Below are positions 9,014 to 18,867 of a stretch of DNA of 43,934 bases, piece by piece. The notes beneath the pieces are model-generated. The model searched no databases, was not told the DNA's origin, and worked only from the letters and a program-made list of their open reading frames with translations. This stretch comes from a virus (lineage: Duplodnaviria; Caudoviricetes): the IMG/VR virus record IMGVR_UViG_3300049070_000043, positions 1 through 43,934 of that record; one strand, given 5' to 3'. Within the stretch, counting starts at the first letter, position 1. Each line of letters starts with the position of its first letter. The translations under genes were made by a program, and so were the position numbers.

Positions 9014-9640
9014 ATGGTAGCAGATAAATTCGTTCTCTGCAACCTGGCTCTGTCCAGGGTGGGTGCTTCTCCGATTACAGCTTTCGATGGTTCTACACAA
9101 GGCGCTATTTCCTGCGCACTAGCCTACGATCTTAGTAGGCGAGCCATCTTACGACTTCATCCTTGGAACTGTGCGATCGACAGGGTCATCTTGGAACCCA
9201 AGGAATCTGCTCCCGATGTTCCGGTTGAGCCTGCTTTCGGATACGGATTTGTTTACGATCTTCCGGCTACATGCCTGAGGGTTCTTTCAGTTAACGACAA
9301 CCTCGATAGTTTCTCTGTCGAAGCTCTAAGGCTGCTATATACTGATGACTCCACTGTTGAGCTTGTCTTCATAAAGGATGAAGAAGACACGACTAAATTT
9401 GACTCTCTGATCGATGAGTTAATTGCGGCTCATCTGGCTTGGTCAATCTGCTATCGGATCACTCAATCGAACTCTCTCCGGAAGATTCTCTGGGATGAGT
9501 TCAAGGAGATCAAGCGTCAGGTCAAATCCATCGACGGTCAAGAAGGACCGGTTCAGCAACTTGAGGCTGATTACTTTATCGAGGCACGGTTGTTTGGTGG
9601 GGACAGTGCAGTTCCAATGCGTAATTACCCCGAGGTGTAA
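9014..9640 (+). CDS. Tail adaptor / tail tubular protein A (T7 gp11-like)
   Basis: CNLALSRVG, LRLHPWNCA and YDLPATCLRV motifs. Confidence 0.85.
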   Translation: MVADKFVLCNLALSRVGASPITAFDGSTQGAISCALAYDLSRRAILRLHPWNCAIDRVILEPKESAPDVPVEPAFGYGFVYDLPATCLRVLSVNDNLDSFSVEALRLLYTDDSTVELVFIKDEEDTTKFDSLIDELIAAHLAWSICYRITQSNSLRKILWDEFKEIKRQVKSIDGQEGPVQQLEADYFIEARLFGGDSAVPMRNYPEV

Positions 9641-12108
9641 TGGGCGATGGATACCCAATTCAAACCAACTTTACTTCCGGAGAGCTATCACCGCTCTTAA
9701 GGGGTAGGGTTGACATCACTCGCTACTTCAATGGAGCGAGCAAGCTTCGCAATTTCATCGTAAAGCCACAAGGCGGTCTTGTTCGTCGACCTGGAACCAG
9801 GTTTATGAACACGACCAAGAACATGAATGAGGATGTCATTCTTGTTCGATTTGAGTTCTCGAGAACCCAGGTATACATGTTGGCTTTCGGTCCCTTATAC
9901 GTTAGGGTGATCAAAAATGGAGCTTACATTACCTCTGGTGGCTCTCCTATCGAATTCGTAACTCCATACACCGCAGGAGATCTTCGAGACCTATATTTTG
10001 CTCAATCAGCTGATGTTCTATACATCACGCATCCCAACTATCATCCTCGAACGTTAACTAGAGCATCGGATACTAGCTGGACTTTTGCCTTCTTCAATAA
10101 CGAGGATGGCCCCTATCTGGACGTGGATGAGCGTAACTATACCATGTCTTTGACGAACATCTTGAACAGAGGCAGTCTGATATCTACTCAGCCTGACTTC
10201 AATGTTGCAGATGTCAATAAATATGTAGAATTTCAATATGGCAACCAGACCACTATAGGTCAAATCAAGGCATTTATCTCAGCCTTCGAGGTTACGATTG
10301 AACCGTTCAATGAGAGGACTATTGACGTTAGCGGTTTTGATAGTCGAGCAGTTCTGGAATATGCAGCTTCCGGAAGTGGCTGGAGTAATCGTATTAGGTC
10401 CAACATAGCTATCTGGACAAGGGAGATGGAGGATTCTTTCATCAAGGTTGGCAGCACATGGTATCAGACCACTACTCATTATATACAGCCTGAGCTAGTA
10501 GACTACGACCCAGGTGGTCAAGTGTCCAACGATGTCATGGCCGTTGCCGGCTTGACTGTCCTCGCTACTACAGGAGTTCTATCGTTTAAGAACCATGTCA
10601 TCAGTGCTACGCTGAATTGCTCTGACGATATCTTCATTCCTCCTGATACTCATAATACTCGATGCTTCCGTCTTCAGTTCAATAATGAGCAAGTGTGGGG
10701 TAAGATTATCACTTGGACCAATGCCAAGACTGTATCGGTTCAGTTAGGTAGAATGATGCCGCCTGATCCTAACCGACCTGCTACATTCTTGATGAATGCC
10801 ACCACCAGAATCTGGAGGCTTGGTGCATGGTATTTCCAGAATTATCCTGCTTGTATGACGTTGCATGAGGAACGAACGGTGTTTGCCGGCACTCCTACTC
10901 AGCCGATGAGGGTATGGATGAGTAAGTCAGCTGACTACACTAACTTTGCTCCTACGGATGAGGAGTCCAGAGTTCTGGATGACTCAGCCATTACGTATGA
11001 GATTACGTCTGGTCAGGTCAATCCGATCGTCTGGCTCCAGTCCTCTAAGGTTCTGCTTATTGGCACCACCGGAGGTGAATGGCAGACCAAGGCATCTAGC
11101 ATTACAGAGCCGATTACTCCTACCAATCTTGTTGTGATCGAGCAGACTCCTTTTGGCTCGAACACATACACTAGACCGCAAAAGGTGGGGACGGCGGTCC
11201 TGTTCATACAGAGATCAGGGAATAAGGTAAGGGAGCTAGCGTATGACTTTCAAGAGGATTCGTATCTGGCTAAAGACCTCACTATTGTATCCGAGCACAT
11301 ACTCAGGGAACGTGGAGGCGGTATATCATCGGCATACCAAAAGGAGCCTAATTCGATTTACTGGGTGGCCACGACAGATGGGAAGCTGGTAGGGCTTACC
11401 TACGAGAAGGACCAGGAGGTCTATGCGTGGCATGTTCATGAGCTAGGCGGTAATGGACAAGTAGTCTCAGTTGCTACTATTCCGTCTACAGACGGTAAGT
11501 CTGACTTGGTATACATGGTAGTCCGTAGGGACATCAATTTCCAACTCAGGACATATATCGAATACATGGAGGTTGAGCATGCACCAGCAGACTCCACCGA
11601 CAAGGACGAGATGTTCTATGTTGACTCTGGTCTTAGCTACCATGGTGCGCCTACTGGGAGTGTTACTGGTCTTACTCATCTGGCTAGCACCAACGTTTCT
11701 GTTGTGGCTGATGGCACTCAAAGGAATGACGTGGTGGTCACCGGATTAGGTGTCGCATCAGTCTCTGGCTCTCCGGCTGAGGTCATCCATGTTGGTCTGC
11801 CTTATAGCTCCATTGCTACCTCGATGCCGCTTGAGTCTGGCTCAGAATCCGGAACAGCCCAGGGTAAGCTCAAGAGAATTCAGCGTCTAATCTTTCGTAT
11901 CCATAACTCTCTGGCCTTTAAGGTTGGTCCTACTGAGTCTAGTCTTTTGACGGTTCAGATGCCTCATCCGAACAACCTAATAACTGGAGACGTAGTTCAT
12001 GATTTCCATGGCAGCTATGAGCTTCAGGGATCGTATAGTATAGTCCAGAATAATGCTTTAGCTCTGAACATTATAGCAGTGATGCCTCAGATGCAAACCA
12101 ACATATGA
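9640..12108 (+). CDS. Tail nozzle / tail tubular protein B (T7 gp12-like)
   Basis: NFTSGELSP, QGGLVRRPGT, AQSADVLY, YPAC..HEERTVFAG and AWHVH motifs; 822 aa. Confidence 0.9.
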   Translation: MGDGYPIQTNFTSGELSPLLRGRVDITRYFNGASKLRNFIVKPQGGLVRRPGTRFMNTTKNMNEDVILVRFEFSRTQVYMLAFGPLYVRVIKNGAYITSGGSPIEFVTPYTAGDLRDLYFAQSADVLYITHPNYHPRTLTRASDTSWTFAFFNNEDGPYLDVDERNYTMSLTNILNRGSLISTQPDFNVADVNKYVEFQYGNQTTIGQIKAFISAFEVTIEPFNERTIDVSGFDSRAVLEYAASGSGWSNRIRSNIAIWTREMEDSFIKVGSTWYQTTTHYIQPELVDYDPGGQVSNDVMAVAGLTVLATTGVLSFKNHVISATLNCSDDIFIPPDTHNTRCFRLQFNNEQVWGKIITWTNAKTVSVQLGRMMPPDPNRPATFLMNATTRIWRLGAWYFQNYPACMTLHEERTVFAGTPTQPMRVWMSKSADYTNFAPTDEESRVLDDSAITYEITSGQVNPIVWLQSSKVLLIGTTGGEWQTKASSITEPITPTNLVVIEQTPFGSNTYTRPQKVGTAVLFIQRSGNKVRELAYDFQEDSYLAKDLTIVSEHILRERGGGISSAYQKEPNSIYWVATTDGKLVGLTYEKDQEVYAWHVHELGGNGQVVSVATIPSTDGKSDLVYMVVRRDINFQLRTYIEYMEVEHAPADSTDKDEMFYVDSGLSYHGAPTGSVTGLTHLASTNVSVVADGTQRNDVVVTGLGVASVSGSPAEVIHVGLPYSSIATSMPLESGSESGTAQGKLKRIQRLIFRIHNSLAFKVGPTESSLLTVQMPHPNNLITGDVVHDFHGSYELQGSYSIVQNNALALNIIAVMPQMQTNI

Positions 12109-12557
12109 TATTTCCAATACAGGTCTCTGAGCTACCTGGATTGAAAGATCGATTCAGTGTAGGTGACTTCTTCGAGAAGTGTGGCGTTACTGGTGGGTTC
12201 AAGTATGACCACTTCATAGCTAACTGGGAGTCATTCCTGACCAAAGACCTTGGAGCAATGTGGAAAGCAGTGGATGACAACTTCAGGATTATTGGTCTAT
12301 TCGGTGGACTGATCACTCCTGACCTGTTCTCTGGTGAGCCTGTTGCTATGGGAGTATTCTGGTATGTGCTTCCTGAGCATCGCAACAAGATCTCCGGAGC
12401 AAGGCTCTTATTCACTTTTGAGGTCTGGGCCAAGCGGATGGAGGCCAAGGCTATAGTCATGGCTCATCTGTTGAACACGTTGCCGGCCCAGGTTGAGTCA
12501 TATTATGAAGCACGGGGCTATCGACCATTAGAGATTCATTATGTCAAGAGAATTTGA
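12105..12557 (+). CDS. GNAT-family acetyltransferase-like protein
   Basis: WYVLPEHRNKISGARLL...YYEARGY motifs; T7 gp13-like position. Confidence 0.8.
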   Translation: MIFPIQVSELPGLKDRFSVGDFFEKCGVTGGFKYDHFIANWESFLTKDLGAMWKAVDDNFRIIGLFGGLITPDLFSGEPVAMGVFWYVLPEHRNKISGARLLFTFEVWAKRMEAKAIVMAHLLNTLPAQVESYYEARGYRPLEIHYVKRI

Positions 12558-13128
12558 ACTCTGCTTAAAGCAGGCTGAATTGATCGTTAAGTCCTATCGG
12601 GACCAAGCTCCTGAGGGCTATGACGTTTACAACTATCAGGCTGTCGGTATCATAGTGGCTGTCCTTGCTGTAGCTGGTGCGGCTGTCTCCGCAACGGCGT
12701 CTTATCAGCAAGGTAAAACTCAAAGAAAGATAGGTGAATACAATGCTAACCTGGCTAAGAACCAAGCTGTTGCGGCTCGCTACGCTGCTGAAGCTCAAGC
12801 GCAGAAAGTCAGGGAAAGGGCGAAGAGGCTCCAGGCGAGCCAGGTAGTTGGAGCTTCTAAGTCGGGGCTAACCCTCAGCGGGTCCGTTAGTGACGTGATG
12901 TATGACTCATCAGTTGAGTCTGAGATTGATGCTCTGACGTCACTCTACAAAGGCCAGCGTGGAGCGGAATCAGGATACGCTGAAGCTGCGTTGGAACGAT
13001 ATCGAGGTCGATCAGCGCAGCTTCAAGGAAATCTGGCTGCTGCCGGCACTTTGCTGGAGGGAGGATCATCGGCGGTGGATGCATACTATTCCTATAAACC
13101 GAAGAACTATCCCACAATAAATGGCTAA
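12541..13128 (+). CDS. Internal virion (ejection) protein, T7 gp14-like position
   Basis: Ala/Gly-rich hydrophobic segment followed by coiled coil; ASKSGLTLSGS motif. Confidence 0.75.
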   Translation: MSREFELCLKQAELIVKSYRDQAPEGYDVYNYQAVGIIVAVLAVAGAAVSATASYQQGKTQRKIGEYNANLAKNQAVAARYAAEAQAQKVRERAKRLQASQVVGASKSGLTLSGSVSDVMYDSSVESEIDALTSLYKGQRGAESGYAEAALERYRGRSAQLQGNLAAAGTLLEGGSSAVDAYYSYKPKNYPTING

Positions 13129-15397
13129 GATTCCAACATACGTATCGGACGCGAATCCGGCTGTCCCTCTTCCGGACTTCCAAAGGAAGTATGCTGCTGA
13201 AGGAGCAGGTCTGGGAAGTCTCGGTCACAGCATAGGTAATGCTGGCCATCATGTAGGTCATGCGGTAGCTACGGAACGAGACCGACAGCTGGACATAGCT
13301 GAAGCTACGAAGAGGCAGAATATAGCCATCAGTCAGCTTGAAGCTCGTAAGCTGGAGCAGAAGATGAAACTTGAGGTCACAGAGAAGACCTCTCAGCTTC
13401 GCACTGACTGGAACATGAGGCTGATTGAATATCAGCAGAACCCCGAGCTAGCCACTCTGGATAATGCTAGCAAGGAGTATGACGACTACACGTCCAAGAT
13501 GGTCAACGAGGCAGGATATGACGTAGTCAAGCAAGAGCTTGCTCTGAGTGCAGCCAGCCTGAGGATTGACTTCATCAATCACGTTTATGCTATCCAGTCT
13601 CAGCACCAGCTTCAGAAGTTTGGGGCGACTTTCGACAAGATGATGTCGAACGCTGAAGATTCGATCTTCGCCAACAAGACCCTGACTGAGCTTGCAATCC
13701 ATCAGGACTTACTCAACAAGACTGTTGATGATGCAGTCGAGACCGGTCAGATCAAGAATCCTGAAGTCGCTCAGAACCTCAGGGACAAGGTCAATCTTCT
13801 GGGCGTTGCTTGGGCTGAATCAGTGATGTCCACCAATCCTGAGATGGTGCAGGCTGCCATCAGTGAGGGCGTTCTCGAGGGTGTCTCTGCCCACCAGAAA
13901 TACATCTTGTTGGAGAAGGCTAGCGAAGTTGCTCGCACCAAGGACTCCCAATACAAGGTGCTCCTCAAGGATGCTCTCAAGTCTGATATCATCCAGCGAG
14001 TCGAGACCGGTGAAGGCTCATCTCTGAACCTCGATGAATATGAGAGGCAGTTTGGTAAAGAGGAACGATCGTTGGCTGAGAGGAAGCTGAACGATGCGAC
14101 CAAGCTCCATCGGGCCACTGAGTCTTCCAAAGGTGCCTCCGGTGACACCCTTATACGTCTTCAGGAAAGCTATAAGCCTCAGGCTAACCCGACCTCTCCT
14201 GAATATGGTCATCAGGCTGAGCTTTACGATGATGTCCAGAAAGTAATCAAGCATGCTCTGAATGATCGAGCCACTAATACCTTTAACTACTATGCCTCTC
14301 ATCCTTCGGTGAAGGATTTGGATTTGAGGCTGGTAGGCGAGGAGACTCCTGAGAGCCGGAAGATTCTGCAGGAAGCTGTGCTGGAGCAACAGAAGCTCGA
14401 TGAGAGTCTGCCATCCTACCAGTATCAGATCATGCCTACCGGTGAGGCTGAATCCTTTATTGAGAATTTCAACAAGATGGTAGAGGTCGGCGGCAAGGGT
14501 GACAGTGGTGGTGTCCTGCAACTACTCAACAGCTTCCACGAAAGGTTCGATAAGAACATGCACGTGGCGGTGAACCAGATTAACGAGACCAAGGGTGGGG
14601 ACAAGGTTACGTCCAAGATGAATCCACTCCTGTGGCATCTCAGAAATCCGTCTACGTTCAGGCTCATCGTTGATGCAATTCGCAAAGACCCACAGGAGGT
14701 CAACGCCAGGTTCAAGAGCGAGAAGGAACTGAAGAATTTCATGGCCGATGTCAGAACTGACCCTGGCCTGATGAGCTACCAGTCTTCCGTGCTTGGAGCC
14801 AACAATGGTGCTGAAGCTCAGAGGCTGGTCACCGGAGTCAATGAGGCATACACAGCCTTCACCAAAGACTGGGTTTTGAATGGTGGTCGTATGAAGGATG
14901 CTGCCTCAGTGTTCTTTGCCCCATATACCTTTGGAACTGTGAACGGAGCTACGTATGCCAGACCAATCAACTATGCTGATGCTTCTGGTAAGCCCCATAC
15001 GATGTCTGAAGATCAGATCAACCTGAGCAATGGCTACCTGGAATGGTTTCCCAAGCGCCTGGACCCCTCCACCATCGACCCGGCTACGGTGGTCAATACC
15101 ATCGGCTACTTTACCTCCGAGCAGATCACTCAAGATGTCAAGAATGCTTTAAGCAGCAACGCCTTCTGGTCCACCACGGAGGATGAAACCGGGGTCTACA
15201 TGTTCGTTAAGGGTTCCATCTTTGGAGCACCTAAGCAGGTGTTCTACAAGAACGGCAAGCCTGTGCGTGTCAATTTCGCGGACACCATGGTCTCTGTTCC
15301 CAAGGTTCCGTTTGGCGAGAAGCCTCAGCACTACCAGGAAGAAACAGGTGACTCGGCTCTTGATCGAGTTGCTAACATGCTGCTGAGGTCGCACTAA
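13121..15397 (+). CDS. Internal virion (ejection) protein
   Basis: 758 aa alpha-helical protein beginning MAKIPTY; in the ejection gene series. Confidence 0.65.
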   Translation: MAKIPTYVSDANPAVPLPDFQRKYAAEGAGLGSLGHSIGNAGHHVGHAVATERDRQLDIAEATKRQNIAISQLEARKLEQKMKLEVTEKTSQLRTDWNMRLIEYQQNPELATLDNASKEYDDYTSKMVNEAGYDVVKQELALSAASLRIDFINHVYAIQSQHQLQKFGATFDKMMSNAEDSIFANKTLTELAIHQDLLNKTVDDAVETGQIKNPEVAQNLRDKVNLLGVAWAESVMSTNPEMVQAAISEGVLEGVSAHQKYILLEKASEVARTKDSQYKVLLKDALKSDIIQRVETGEGSSLNLDEYERQFGKEERSLAERKLNDATKLHRATESSKGASGDTLIRLQESYKPQANPTSPEYGHQAELYDDVQKVIKHALNDRATNTFNYYASHPSVKDLDLRLVGEETPESRKILQEAVLEQQKLDESLPSYQYQIMPTGEAESFIENFNKMVEVGGKGDSGGVLQLLNSFHERFDKNMHVAVNQINETKGGDKVTSKMNPLLWHLRNPSTFRLIVDAIRKDPQEVNARFKSEKELKNFMADVRTDPGLMSYQSSVLGANNGAEAQRLVTGVNEAYTAFTKDWVLNGGRMKDAASVFFAPYTFGTVNGATYARPINYADASGKPHTMSEDQINLSNGYLEWFPKRLDPSTIDPATVVNTIGYFTSEQITQDVKNALSSNAFWSTTEDETGVYMFVKGSIFGAPKQVFYKNGKPVRVNFADTMVSVPKVPFGEKPQHYQEETGDSALDRVANMLLRSH

Positions 15398-18300
15398 TGC
15401 CAGCTATTCGTTTAGCACCTAGGACTACCGACTTCGAGACTCCTGCTCTAGGAGATACATCGTTCGTAGACTTCGCTTCTACACTGGTGTATGACAGCCT
15501 CTACCATTCCCCAGTAGGCACACTCGGTATTGGTGATGGTCCAAAGGGAGGTATCTATCGGTTTAGTGAGGCCATGCAGGAAAAGAAGTATGGCACTGGA
15601 GCGATCATTGAGCCTGAAGAAGCAAATAAGGTCTATGGGTTGGAAGGTGAGCTAACGTTCAAGGAGCCTGTCTACGAGACCTATGCTCAACTCCTGCATG
15701 ATCGGAAGCTGGCTGAGATACGGCGTGACTACGAGCTTTCCTCTGGCACCTACAATCATTGGGGACGTAGGATAACCGGATTTGGTGTCTCGATGGCTTC
15801 TACCATTCTGGACCCGGTCAACCTGGCGTCTATGTTCGTTCCGATAGTCGGGGAGTCCCGTCTTTTGTCAGGGGCGTCAAGGGCCAGATCGATATTTTCT
15901 AAGGGCCTAATTTCGCCAAAAACCCTCGCCAGGGGCGTCGGGACGTCCCCGGCTAGCTATCGCCTAGCCAAAGGTGCAATTGAAGGCGTTGTGGGCGCAG
16001 GACTAGTCGAGCCATTCAACCTAATCCCTGCCATACAGGAGCAAGCTGACTATGGATACAAAGATTCGCTTCTCAACCTGTTGTTTGGTGGTGCTATTGG
16101 CGGCACTATATATACTGTCGGTGGATATATCGGTGATAAGTTTAAGTCATTACGTCAGGGTTTGCAGAACGTGGACCCTCAGACTCATGAAGCAGCTACG
16201 ATGGCGGCTGTCAGTGATCTTGCACAGAATAATCCGGTAACCTCTCCGGCAGATGTTGTTTCGGTTGACTCCAGCGTAGTTAAGGTCGATCTTGAGCAAG
16301 TGAATGTGCAGAACCTGATTCTGATTGCTCAGGAACATTTGGATCGATTGGAGCAGCTTTACCTCCAAGGCAGGATTACACCTCAGCAGGATATCCGTAG
16401 GAAGCTTATTGGAGCTATGCTACGCAATCCTACGGCTGCAACTCCTGAGAACCTGGCGGCAATGTTCGAGTTGAAACTCAACAATGAAATGGAGAGGATG
16501 CCTAGTGGCTACTCGTTCGTGAAGCCAGAGGATTCAGTCAAGGTGCCTGACAAAGCCAAGATTCCAGATAATCCAGTTCCATTCGACGAGGCTAAGTTCG
16601 ATCAAGTTATCCAGAAGATTGAATCTATTGCCAATGAGAACTCAGCAGCCGAGTTTGTTCCTGACCCAGATAATAGGAAAGCATTCAAGACTATAGTCAA
16701 GAAGCTCTTGACTAAGGGATACGACCTATGGAATGCGGAGGTCAGAGCAGGTGGTGAGTCGGTCGTATTCCTTACAGAAAACAAGGCAATCAAGATTGCC
16801 ATGGAGAATTTTAAGACTGTCAAAGGTATCAGTCTTACTCCTGAATACAAAACCAAATCTGGCCCGTTCTATGTCAGAGTAGTGGACAGGGTTAATCAGC
16901 TTCCTGACATCGATACTCCTGCTATTAGGGATGCTTTCTTAGCTCTGGCTGAACGTTATGGATTAGCTGCTGATGACTTTGGTAACTATAACCTTGGAGT
17001 TAAGGATGGTAAGCTTGTCGTCCTGGATGAGGGAGCCATGTCCAAGATTGATAGGATGCGCAAGGTTAATACTAGCACCTTATCTCCTGAAGCTCAGGCT
17101 GTATATCAATCTCTGATACGCCAAATCGAAGAAGCCAAGGCCAAAGAGAAACAGCACACCAAGGACAAGCTTGATGAGATGATCAAGCGTAGCCAGCAGA
17201 AGAAGCCTGAGGTCACCAAGGTTCCTTCTGACAAGGCTGTTGGCCTACCTGACCCTGTTAAGAAGGAAGCCGAGCCTATTCCACCTACTCTATCTCCTGA
17301 GGAGAAGGCTGCTGAGCAAAAGATGCTGGCTGACATGCAGGAGCAGTCTGACGAGATGCAAGCTAAAGATGAAGAGCTTGCGGCGTTACAGGAAGAACTA
17401 GGTGAGGATCAACCTGAAGAACTGTCCAAGATCAAGAAGATTCAAGAGGGATTGGTCAACTGGGCTAATAAGGTCATCAAGGAACAGAACACCAAGATGA
17501 GCCTTAACGTTGACCCTCGTATCCTGGCGGCTGCTATCATACGTGGTGCCGACCTCCTGTATAAAGGAGTCGAAGACGTAGCAGAATGGTCCAAGGTTCT
17601 AGTTGCTGAGTTTGGCGACTGGATTAAGGATCACGTATCCACTCTCCACAAGTCTTTCTTCATCGAGGATGCTCCTGATGAGGTTGATATTCCAGCCAAG
17701 CTCTATCAGAAGGGCAAGCAGGGTGCCAAAGATCTGACTGAGGAATACCATAGGGCATATACCAAGTCTGCTACACGTAAGCAGATTAAGGATCGAATTG
17801 ACGATATTGTAAATGATCCGTTCATTGATGACATTATTGTAAGCCGATTCAAAGAAAAGCTGAATCGGGCTGAGGCTTTGAGGATTGTTAAGGGCACCAG
17901 AGGTATTAGCACCGGGGGTTCTACAGTTACTGGTGGATGGAATATAGTAGATAGAAGCGGCCATGTTGTATTTTACGGATTCTCCACCAAGAAGGATGCT
18001 CTCAACAGACTAAGCGAATACTTAGTCAATACCAGAAGAAATATCGAGTTTGCCATCAATCCTACGGCTGAGACAGGACCGGTGGGATGGTCCTCAACTG
18101 ACAACAGTAGTGCAGGATGGGCCAGGATGGATGGGCCATGGAAACGTAAATGGCTCTATGGTTTGCTTTCAGGAAAGTATGTAAGCGAGAAGCTTCAGAA
18201 CAAGTTGTGGGATAGATACCCTGACCTGAAGCCACTTGCTCAGACTCTATACGATCCTAAGAGAAGTCGTGGCGGTAACAACATGGGTGGTAACCGAGCT

Positions 18301-18867
18301 ACCCAAATCGATACTGCCAAGGAATTTGCAATCAAGCACATGGTTGAAGAGCTTGATATGGATACGGCAGGTGCCAGACAAATCCTTGATGATTGGAAGA
18401 ATGAGCGTGTAGACATGTATCATCAGGATGCTGCCCTCGCGTTCTTTATCGATCAGAATGTTGAGGGTATTGGAGGCCAATTCAAGAGCCTCCAGTATCT
18501 GGAAGCTCAGTTAGCCGATCCTGAGTTCACATACAAAATTGAGCAGAAATTCAAAGAGAAGCTTGCTAAGGTAATCGAAGAACAGAATGATGATGGCAGA
18601 ACATTTGATGATATTATTAACATGTCCACAGATGACATGATTGGCTGGATAAAGGACAACACTGGTAGGGATATGTCCAAAGATCTTCAGAAAATGATTG
18701 ATAACAAGATCAAGAATCAGATTCCTGGAACCCACTATGATCTAGTCATGGCTCAAGTTGAACGTCAGATTGCAATAGCAGCGGCTGATCAGGAAGCTAA
18801 GTTGATCAAGCAGATCACCCCAGCCATCGAAAACGGAGTCTCCTGTATCCTGAGAAAGATGATCTAA
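15397..18867 (+). CDS. Large internal virion protein with an embedded protein-kinase-like domain
   Basis: N-terminal DPVNLASMFVP and Gly-rich hydrophobic helices of ejection proteins; internal AGGESVVF / KAIKI / DFGNYN / LDEG kinase-like motifs. Confidence 0.7.
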   Translation: MPAIRLAPRTTDFETPALGDTSFVDFASTLVYDSLYHSPVGTLGIGDGPKGGIYRFSEAMQEKKYGTGAIIEPEEANKVYGLEGELTFKEPVYETYAQLLHDRKLAEIRRDYELSSGTYNHWGRRITGFGVSMASTILDPVNLASMFVPIVGESRLLSGASRARSIFSKGLISPKTLARGVGTSPASYRLAKGAIEGVVGAGLVEPFNLIPAIQEQADYGYKDSLLNLLFGGAIGGTIYTVGGYIGDKFKSLRQGLQNVDPQTHEAATMAAVSDLAQNNPVTSPADVVSVDSSVVKVDLEQVNVQNLILIAQEHLDRLEQLYLQGRITPQQDIRRKLIGAMLRNPTAATPENLAAMFELKLNNEMERMPSGYSFVKPEDSVKVPDKAKIPDNPVPFDEAKFDQVIQKIESIANENSAAEFVPDPDNRKAFKTIVKKLLTKGYDLWNAEVRAGGESVVFLTENKAIKIAMENFKTVKGISLTPEYKTKSGPFYVRVVDRVNQLPDIDTPAIRDAFLALAERYGLAADDFGNYNLGVKDGKLVVLDEGAMSKIDRMRKVNTSTLSPEAQAVYQSLIRQIEEAKAKEKQHTKDKLDEMIKRSQQKKPEVTKVPSDKAVGLPDPVKKEAEPIPPTLSPEEKAAEQKMLADMQEQSDEMQAKDEELAALQEELGEDQPEELSKIKKIQEGLVNWANKVIKEQNTKMSLNVDPRILAAAIIRGADLLYKGVEDVAEWSKVLVAEFGDWIKDHVSTLHKSFFIEDAPDEVDIPAKLYQKGKQGAKDLTEEYHRAYTKSATRKQIKDRIDDIVNDPFIDDIIVSRFKEKLNRAEALRIVKGTRGISTGGSTVTGGWNIVDRSGHVVFYGFSTKKDALNRLSEYLVNTRRNIEFAINPTAETGPVGWSSTDNSSAGWARMDGPWKRKWLYGLLSGKYVSEKLQNKLWDRYPDLKPLAQTLYDPKRSRGGNNMGGNRATQIDTAKEFAIKHMVEELDMDTAGARQILDDWKNERVDMYHQDAALAFFIDQNVEGIGGQFKSLQYLEAQLADPEFTYKIEQKFKEKLAKVIEEQNDDGRTFDDIINMSTDDMIGWIKDNTGRDMSKDLQKMIDNKIKNQIPGTHYDLVMAQVERQIAIAAADQEAKLIKQITPAIENGVSCILRKMI

